This document shows positions 49,000 through 56,176 of a stretch of DNA of 64,000 nt, one piece after another. Under the pieces are notes generated by a model that ran no database searches, had not been told where the DNA came from, and saw only the letters and a list, made by a program, of their open reading frames with translations. This stretch comes from a virus. The stretch lies in IMG/VR virus record IMGVR_UViG_3300048997_000130, positions 132,677 to 196,676 of that record. One strand, given 5' to 3'. Both the position numbers and the translations under genes were made by a program. Numbering within the stretch: the stretch's first letter is position 1; every line of letters starts with the position of its first letter.

Positions 49000-49671
49000 A
49001 TGCGTTCTCGTGATTTTACTTTGATTTGTCGTGGTCCGCTGGCATGTTTCACGCGCGTCGAATTTCGAACAGACCGGCTTTCATATGAAGCCCCGACTCA
49101 TGCCGCATTAGTCGGAATGTTAGATCAATTTTTATCTAATTCCAAAATGATGTGGTCTGTCCATGAATGTCATATTTTGAAACCGATTCGCTGGATGAAT
49201 TTTTTGCGTAACGAACTCCTGTTCACTCAACTTAATAACGAAGTAGAGATCGGTAATACTATCAAACCAACGCAGCGCAATACTACTTGTTTACATGATG
49301 TCGAGTATAGATTCACAGCCCATTTTGAACTCACAGCCAAAGGCCAAGATAAATATTCTGATAATATTTATGGAGCTGTTCAAAAATATGAAACAATGTT
49401 TTTGAGTCATATGGCTTCAGGACATTTTGTGGGAAGTCTTCCATATTTCGGATTTCGTGAATTTGAAGCTGACGTATTTTTGGATAATGGAGAACATGGA
49501 ACATTCGGAGATGCCATAGATTTAGATTACGACGTTGGACTCATGCATCATAGCGTTGTAAAGACTTCGAAGAAATATAAAAATTATTTCTTCGATGCTA
49601 ATATTCGGAATGGAATTATTAAATATCCATCTCGCGCAGATGTATTAAATAAAAATATCGCTATTGGTTGA
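49000..49671 (+). CDS. cas5: type I-C Cas5 (Cas5c/Cas5d), divergent
   Basis: GPLACFTRVEFRTDRLSYEAPT, HILKPIRWMNFLRNE, LHDVEYRFTAHF, PYFGFREF. Confidence 0.88.
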   Translation: MRSRDFTLICRGPLACFTRVEFRTDRLSYEAPTHAALVGMLDQFLSNSKMMWSVHECHILKPIRWMNFLRNELLFTQLNNEVEIGNTIKPTQRNTTCLHDVEYRFTAHFELTAKGQDKYSDNIYGAVQKYETMFLSHMASGHFVGSLPYFGFREFEADVFLDNGEHGTFGDAIDLDYDVGLMHHSVVKTSKKYKNYFFDANIRNGIIKYPSRADVLNKNIAIG

Positions 49672-50993
49672 AAATTATGACTTTAAATGTTAATTTGCAC
49701 AAAGCCCTGATCAATTTAGCTGAACGTAAAAATTTAAATCCTACCCCATTCCGATCGAAGCATATTCAACTTCGAGTTTATTTCGATAAAAATGGGCAAT
49801 TAGATAAAGTCGTTGCAGACTCCAGTTCTTATTCATTGCCCGTTGAACAAGACAGAACAGCTCAAATTGCTCCTAACTTCGGATATGATTCTCCAAAATA
49901 TGTTGTGAGTACAGACTTAACACAAGCCGCTCCTAAGAGCGCTAAACCACAGTTATTTGAGGCATTTTATTCACAACTCCACCACAGCTTACTTAACTGT
50001 GGTGATCAAGCTCGAGCTTCAATTGTTTCCAAAATCATCAATCTTGGTCCTAAGACATTAAGCCGCCGATTTATTCAGTTACTATCTGGAGTGGATGTTA
50101 ATCCATCCCACATGTCTTGGATTTTGGTTGTCCTTGGAGACGATGCAGATCCGGTTGTCTTATTGAAAGATGTTCGAGATGATTGGGCTCACCAGTTTAA
50201 TAAAACTCTTGGATCTGGAACTCGTGCCACGTGCATGATAACTGGTAAAAAAGATGTTCCATGCAGCCGTGTTATGTCTAAAGCCCGAAAAATCCCTGGA
50301 GCTAATAAAGCTCCGTTGATATCATTCAATCAACCGGTTTTTTGTTATGAAGATAGAGTCCAAGGAGAAAATTTTCCTATCGCACGTGATGTTGATATCT
50401 CGTTAGCCAACGCTTTGACTTGGCTATTTGAACAATCAGAAAATCGACAACATAGGAATGGATTTTCATTTTGCGGATCGGATCCACGGCAACCAGCTGT
50501 TGCTATATGGGGAAGTTCGGATGATGCAGATTCAATTATCGAGAATATTTTAAATTTGGTTCAACTTCCTCGCTTGGGAGTTAAATCTGACGATTATTTG
50601 AAATGTTCTATGGCTTTTTATGATAAATGCTTAGAAGATCTCGAAAAAGCTTCGGATACTCAACATTGGGCTTATATTCTAGGCATCGTTGGTTCAAAAG
50701 GTCGAATTGCTATCACAGCTTGGTATCCGATTGCACTGCGTGATTTGATATCTTCGTTCTTTAAAGCGTTGGATATAATCCCCGACGCGAGACCATTCGG
50801 TCTTTTGAATGCATTACGTAAAATCACTGGAGAACATTTATCCGGTCAAGCTACTTCCCGATTATTGATTGATATACTGTCTGGGAACTCTTGGACATGT
50901 GAATTCCGAGAAGCCGCTTGGGCATACGCTAATATTGCTTATAAAGATATTCATTCGGTATCGAAATCTATTGAAATGGCTGGAAGGATTTAA
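49668..50993 (+). CDS. cas8c: type I-C Cas8c (Csd1), lacking the C-terminal Cas11 region (ATG 49677 likely start)
   Basis: RTAQIAPNFGYDSPKYV; CMITGK...LISFN...QGENFPI...LANALTWL. Confidence 0.8.
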   Translation: MKIMTLNVNLHKALINLAERKNLNPTPFRSKHIQLRVYFDKNGQLDKVVADSSSYSLPVEQDRTAQIAPNFGYDSPKYVVSTDLTQAAPKSAKPQLFEAFYSQLHHSLLNCGDQARASIVSKIINLGPKTLSRRFIQLLSGVDVNPSHMSWILVVLGDDADPVVLLKDVRDDWAHQFNKTLGSGTRATCMITGKKDVPCSRVMSKARKIPGANKAPLISFNQPVFCYEDRVQGENFPIARDVDISLANALTWLFEQSENRQHRNGFSFCGSDPRQPAVAIWGSSDDADSIIENILNLVQLPRLGVKSDDYLKCSMAFYDKCLEDLEKASDTQHWAYILGIVGSKGRIAITAWYPIALRDLISSFFKALDIIPDARPFGLLNALRKITGEHLSGQATSRLLIDILSGNSWTCEFREAAWAYANIAYKDIHSVSKSIEMAGRI

Positions 50994-50995
50994 TA

Positions 50996-51475
50996 ATGTC
51001 TAAGATTAATGTAAATGATGTGGTTGACGTATCTAATTTTTACAAGGCAAATGACGTTCATATCGGATATCATTTGGGCGCATTGATTGCAGTTTTCAAT
51101 CGCCTTCAGTTAATAGGTCTTCGAGGTCGTCGCCCTGGGAACGGATTTAGTTCTAAATTGGGAGTAATTTCCCTCAATCCGTCTCAAATCGTATATCTGG
51201 AAGATCGTGCGGTTACATATTTGGAATCGGCAGACAAAAAACCGGCTTGTCGTCCGTTAGTGTTTTTGGCAAGACAAATTCAGTCTAAAATTCATGAAAT
51301 GGGAATCCCTATTTATTTTCATGATATGGCCAATCAACATGCTGTTTATGCTGGTCATGCAGATATTTGTAAATATTTGAATGCTCGAGCTGAATTTTTC
51401 CAAGACGATAAAGAAGAAATCGAAACTGCGACTGCATCAGACGACGCGGTTTCCAGTGTACCTATGACTAATTGA
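50996..51475 (+). CDS. cas11: free-standing Cas11c-like small subunit
   Basis: GYHLGALIAVFNRLQ resembles the Cas8c C-terminal AYxLGRLFAVLExxQ motif; lies between cas8c and cas7 in a different frame. Confidence 0.65.
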   Translation: MSKINVNDVVDVSNFYKANDVHIGYHLGALIAVFNRLQLIGLRGRRPGNGFSSKLGVISLNPSQIVYLEDRAVTYLESADKKPACRPLVFLARQIQSKIHEMGIPIYFHDMANQHAVYAGHADICKYLNARAEFFQDDKEEIETATASDDAVSSVPMTN

Positions 51476-51520
51476 TTGAATTTATACGAATCTAAATTTA
51501 TACGGAGATAATTATTTATT

Positions 51521-52510
51521 ATGGCAAACGCATTTGATATCTATGATCCAGTTCGAGAAGATTTGATGAAGTTGGCACAAGACCGGACTCCGCTCCAAAA
51601 ACGACGGGATCTGTGTGTTATTGTTGAAGTGCCGGCCGGCGTGATTGCTCAAGGCGATCCAGATATGGATAACATGCCACGCATGGATCCAATCAATCGA
51701 CGTGGTTTTATGACTGATAGTGGTTTGAAGCGTCAGATTCGCGATGCGGCAGTGTTACATATGTATGACATTCCTGGTTATGATGTATTTGTAACGCGTC
51801 GAGCTGTTCAAAATTTGAAAACTGAAGCATTATGCTCTACGCTTGGCATTACAGCACCAAGTGGTGAAGAAGAAGTTGAAGAAGATGACGACTCCAAAGA
51901 CGTTGTTAAGAGTGAGAAGAAACCGGGCAAGAAACCGAGCAAAAAAGCCCGATTCAATGGTGATAACATTGAATTGCTACATAAAGGTTTGTGTGAGAAA
52001 TACTTTGATGTGAGAGCATTCGGACAAGTAACTGGTACTGAGCCTATCCGTGCTCCATTTGTAGTCACCATGGGCTGGAGCGTATCCCCGATTGTGCGCA
52101 ACATCATCAGTATCACCAACGTCTCGGTCCGAACCGAACGCGAAGCTGATAAACAAAATAATCAGAATCGTACGATGGGCAAGCGTCCATATAATGGATA
52201 TGGATTATACGTATTCCATGTCATGGCTGATGTTTATCAAGCACGCCGTTGTGGATTCAGTGAAGGTGATTTTGCTGTCACAGTTGAATTGCTGCGTCGA
52301 GCTTGGCAAGAACGAACTTCAACATCCAAGCTTGGAATGAATGTGCGTCAAATTGCATGTTTTGAGCACGAAGGTGCTGGACGAGCTCTGCCAGCTGCAA
52401 TTTATCGATTAGTAAAAATCCAGTCCAATACGGAAAATCCGATGTGTTGGGAGGATTATACTATTGATGTTGATGCTCCGCCCAACGGCGTACAATTTAG
52501 TTGGCTGTAA
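51521..52510 (+). CDS. cas7: type I-C Cas7 (Csd2)
   Basis: QGDPDMDNMPRMDP, GFMTDSGLKRQIRD, YFDVRAFGQV, NRTMGKR...YGLY. Confidence 0.92.
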   Translation: MANAFDIYDPVREDLMKLAQDRTPLQKRRDLCVIVEVPAGVIAQGDPDMDNMPRMDPINRRGFMTDSGLKRQIRDAAVLHMYDIPGYDVFVTRRAVQNLKTEALCSTLGITAPSGEEEVEEDDDSKDVVKSEKKPGKKPSKKARFNGDNIELLHKGLCEKYFDVRAFGQVTGTEPIRAPFVVTMGWSVSPIVRNIISITNVSVRTEREADKQNNQNRTMGKRPYNGYGLYVFHVMADVYQARRCGFSEGDFAVTVELLRRAWQERTSTSKLGMNVRQIACFEHEGAGRALPAAIYRLVKIQSNTENPMCWEDYTIDVDAPPNGVQFSWL

Positions 52511-52522
52511 ATTACTAGACTA

Positions 52523-54724
52523 ATGCAACCGCATGCTTATCAACAGCGTGATTTGGATGACTTGCTTGAAGCTGCCAAATCACATCGTAGACTAGCTGTT
52601 GTTCACGCAACAGGGGCTGGTAAGACATTAGTATCAACCCTGTTCGTGCAGAACACACTTGGAAGTTTGTTCACGCATGTGATTAGTGCTACTCCAATGG
52701 ACAGCATCCGAGTTGGATTTGAGCGTGCTATGTATGATATTGGAGCACGAACAGGTTCATCATGGAACGAACTTGTGCATTATTTGCAAGCCGATTCTCT
52801 AGCAAATGTGAGTTATATATGTTGTCACGCATCTATTAATAGACAAGATTCTATATATCAACTACGCCAGTTATTGGACTCCCGTCCCGATTTTTTAAAT
52901 GGCAAACTACTGATTGTTGACGAAGCCCAACACGCTGGTGCTGATGGTTTGTCGGAGTTCGTCGAGCTTTGGTATCAAGGTGGCGGTCATATCCTATATT
53001 TAACCGCCACCCCATATCGAAGTGATGGCCGAACAGTGATTCCTGAAGGAACATTCACTGTATATCGGACAATGTGTCAACAAATGCGGAATGGTTTTGC
53101 TCCTCGAATACTTTGTAGCGAAATCATTGACGTGGGTGGAAAGTTTGTTGAATGTGCTGGCGTAGTTGGTGCTCCGGAAGCCATTGCGAAAACCGCAGAT
53201 GCAATGGTGAGCACTTGGGATAAAGACAAACGCCCATTCTTGATCATTCGAGTCAAGAATCATTCGGATAGTGGATATAACAAACGCGTAATCAACACGC
53301 TTGTCCAGAAATTTTCGGATAGCGGAGCACGTGTTCTGAATGCCACAGATCATCAAACTGAATCGTGTGTGGTTGAACTCCGGAATTTATTGCAGAAAAC
53401 TTCCGAAGGGATTCCGACTCACGACGTAATTATCGGGATCCAAAGAGTGGCTGAAGGACTGGACTGGCCAATTTGTTCCCACATTTATTTATGGGGAGTT
53501 CCCAAGTCATTGCCCATGCTCGTTCAAATTCTTGGACGAGCGATGCGAAGGAAATCTGGGATTGTGGCCGAACAGTGGCGTGATTGTTCCAAATTAGTAT
53601 TATTCACTGCCGGGGTAAATGCGTTAGCACATAGTCGATATATATTACTCACTGCTTATTTACTTTCGGATTTTGCATCCAGCCGTCATATGTCAGCATT
53701 CGAAGAATTGCACGGGCTCATTGATGGACTCCCTGTCCCTGTGCGCCGAGCCGCTAGTGCTGGGCTCTCTTATATCCATGTGCCTGAAGATCTCAGGCAA
53801 GCTATTCGTATTCGAATTGACGCTATATTCAATCGGTTTCGAGACGATCCCGCACGTATTTCTCCGAGACAATTATTGGAAGTGTTGATCCCAGAATTCC
53901 CGGAGCTTTCCAAGAAAGCCGTCCAGCAATTAGTATTGGAGACTTATATGTCTTCAAATCCCAAGGCATTGAATTTGTTCCGAGAACAGCTGCAAGACCG
54001 ATTGTTGTCTGGGAATGATATATCTAAAACTCTGAATGACGCTGTGGAATCAGTACTCATGGAATTTCGTGAGGAAACTATTATTGTTCCACAAAGCCTC
54101 ATAACGTGCCAGATGCATGGGCTTTCTGGAGAATCCATTCAACTGCATTCAGACAAATTACGGCTATATTTATCACCATTATCCGAACAAGATATGTTGC
54201 GTGGTTTTGATCATTTCTTCAGGACTTACAAGCGTTTCCCAAATTTAGGAGATGTGAATCCTATAAACCCATTATATACGTTCGAAACTTATGACAGAGC
54301 GCTTCGTGACGGTGATCGCAGTCTTAAGCAAGTAGACGGCGGATTCCGGCAAGTTGTGCATGAAAGATTCTGGAAGACGCATTCGGTTGGTTCGAATGCT
54401 ACTTGGGCTGAATTATGTGATGATATTCTAGAAAGACTTAAAGATGTTCCGGATCCTAGAAAGATCATGCAACATATTCAAAATACTGGTTGCCCGACGT
54501 TCCATTATTATGGTGCGATTTACAAAGCTTCAGAATTTTTAGAAGTCGCAGATTTATTGAAATTCGGACCGGACGTTGCAGAGTGTATGCTTAAATTAAG
54601 TAAAGTACGATTAAATAAATGTTTGGAAGAACTTATTCAGGCGGAAAGTCCTGAAGATGCTCTTCAAGTCTTATATGCACAGTTCCCTAATAAGACACGT
54701 CCAGACCAACGTCTGGCTTCTTAA
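52523..54724 (+). CDS. SF2 (DEAH-type) helicase without HD nuclease, with a long C-terminal extension
   Basis: PHAYQ, HATGAGKT, IVDEAQH, LTATP, VAEGLDWP, QILGRAMR; the Q-motif is at the extreme N-terminus, so there is no room for a Cas3 HD domain. Confidence 0.85.
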   Translation: MQPHAYQQRDLDDLLEAAKSHRRLAVVHATGAGKTLVSTLFVQNTLGSLFTHVISATPMDSIRVGFERAMYDIGARTGSSWNELVHYLQADSLANVSYICCHASINRQDSIYQLRQLLDSRPDFLNGKLLIVDEAQHAGADGLSEFVELWYQGGGHILYLTATPYRSDGRTVIPEGTFTVYRTMCQQMRNGFAPRILCSEIIDVGGKFVECAGVVGAPEAIAKTADAMVSTWDKDKRPFLIIRVKNHSDSGYNKRVINTLVQKFSDSGARVLNATDHQTESCVVELRNLLQKTSEGIPTHDVIIGIQRVAEGLDWPICSHIYLWGVPKSLPMLVQILGRAMRRKSGIVAEQWRDCSKLVLFTAGVNALAHSRYILLTAYLLSDFASSRHMSAFEELHGLIDGLPVPVRRAASAGLSYIHVPEDLRQAIRIRIDAIFNRFRDDPARISPRQLLEVLIPEFPELSKKAVQQLVLETYMSSNPKALNLFREQLQDRLLSGNDISKTLNDAVESVLMEFREETIIVPQSLITCQMHGLSGESIQLHSDKLRLYLSPLSEQDMLRGFDHFFRTYKRFPNLGDVNPINPLYTFETYDRALRDGDRSLKQVDGGFRQVVHERFWKTHSVGSNATWAELCDDILERLKDVPDPRKIMQHIQNTGCPTFHYYGAIYKASEFLEVADLLKFGPDVAECMLKLSKVRLNKCLEELIQAESPEDALQVLYAQFPNKTRPDQRLAS

Positions 54725-55353
54725 TGTCTCATATTAAACATAACTTTGTTGGAGAAGAAAAGCGCTCCTGGAGGATGCGCAATTTAGAATTTTTACTGCG
54801 TCATCAATCTGATTTATTACTCGAAAATAAGCTTCGAGGTTCCTATATGGAGCTTATTGGAATGAGTGGTAGTGAATTCTATGCATTATTGACGCCATAT
54901 TTACAAAAGCCAACAGATTTTATAGCTGTGGATAGATGTTGTCGAGTTATCCTTGATCATAGGGAAGACATGTCAGCATTTAAGACTATTTTTTCAACCA
55001 GTATTATTGCTGTTGCGCAACGAGAAATACCTATAATACTCAATTATGATGGATATGGGTCAGCCAACAGTCCAAGCTTTTGGAAAAAAGAAAGCTTTGG
55101 AATACAAGATGTAATCCATAAAGGTATCAAAAAATATGGGTGTTTTGCATTTATTTTAAATAAAGTGCTTGGCAAAGCAGATAACGAAACTACACACAAG
55201 ACGTTGTTGGGTTTCAAACAAAAAATCCTCGAACTTGGTCATGGATTTCGCATGTTAGATGCTTTTGAACCAAGTTCTGATTGTATGATTCTAGATATAT
55301 ATCGGGGTAATGGCCCTAGGATGATTACTTTTCGTACATTATTTGTTCGATAA
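54724..55353 (+). CDS. hypothetical protein, possible class I SAM-methyltransferase-like fold
   Basis: TAATG-coupled to the helicase; SYMELIGMSG (beta1/motif I-like), FIAVDR (acidic end of beta2), ILNYDGYG (beta4), terminal YxGxGPRM. Confidence 0.4.
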   Translation: MSHIKHNFVGEEKRSWRMRNLEFLLRHQSDLLLENKLRGSYMELIGMSGSEFYALLTPYLQKPTDFIAVDRCCRVILDHREDMSAFKTIFSTSIIAVAQREIPIILNYDGYGSANSPSFWKKESFGIQDVIHKGIKKYGCFAFILNKVLGKADNETTHKTLLGFKQKILELGHGFRMLDAFEPSSDCMILDIYRGNGPRMITFRTLFVR

Positions 55354-55702
55354 TCATCCCTTGTTTTTTGACAAATTATGCGTTGATGCGATTATCGGAA
55401 AATCGTTGATCAACGAATATCTTTAATCAGCTCCCATAAGCCGTAGGTCAGAATTATAATTCTACTTGCGAAGATTAACTAAGTTATTTCTTGAGCTTTC
55501 AGGGACGTTGCAAAGATATTTATGATTTTTTGTGGTGGTTTAACCACCACTTGATTAAATTATTTGGTGCGAGTGATCCAATAATTATTAATTATGCTGG
55601 ATGCTCGATCCCAATCAAGAATATACTGAATTTTAATATTCATGTAATTTCTCGCAGGAAATTTTCGAAGAAAATTTCCGACAATTATTGTTGAATATCT
55701 TT
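55354..55702 (+). promoter_or_regulatory. CRISPR leader-like AT-rich region with a candidate sigma70 promoter and two palindromes
   Basis: TTGACA 55368 with TGcGATTAT 16 nt later; GTGGTGGTT-T-AACCACCAC 55532..55550; GGAAATTTTC-GAA-GAAAATTTCC 55657..55679. Confidence 0.45.
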
Positions 55703-56176
55703 GTAACAATGGATTATTATCCATTGTGGTTATTGAAATTTTCCAGTGCACGTAACAAGTCGTGAGTGGCCCGAGAAGTAACAATGGATTATTATCCATT
55801 GTGGTTATTGAAATCCAAAGGCACCGGTTCGCTCCCGTTGGGCATAGAGGTAACAATGGATTATTATCCATTGTTGGTTATTGAAATTCAATCCTGATGA
55901 TCGGTTCCCGTGGGAAGATGAGTAACAATGGATTATTATCCATTATAGTTATTGAAATTCAGCTTGCTCAACCGCCCATTCGAAAGCCACCTTGGTAACA
56001 ATGGATTATTATTCATTATAATTATTGAAATCGACCATCGCGTCCCACAGCAAGGTCTTCGAGACGGTAACAATGGATTATTATCTATTATAATTATTGG
56101 AATCGACGATGGAACAACGTGTACCGGGATTTACGCAAAGTAACAATGGATAATGATCCATTATAATTATTGAAAG
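55703..56176 (+). CRISPR. CRISPR array, intact part: 7 repeats of 37-38 nt, 6 spacers of 34-38 nt
   Basis: Repeat GTAACAATGGATTATTATCCATTGTGGTTATTGAAAT at 55703, 55778, 55850, 55922, 55995, 56067, 56140; stem ACAATGGAT/ATCCATTGT; ATTGAAAT 3' end. Confidence 0.97.

Noticed and set aside
52523-54724. Calling the helicase cas3
   Set aside because: There is no HD nuclease domain and no Cas3-specific features were recognised; position alone is insufficient.
49000-55353. CRISPR-associated transposon
   Set aside because: No TnsA/B/C or TniQ-like genes or transposon ends were recognised in the window.
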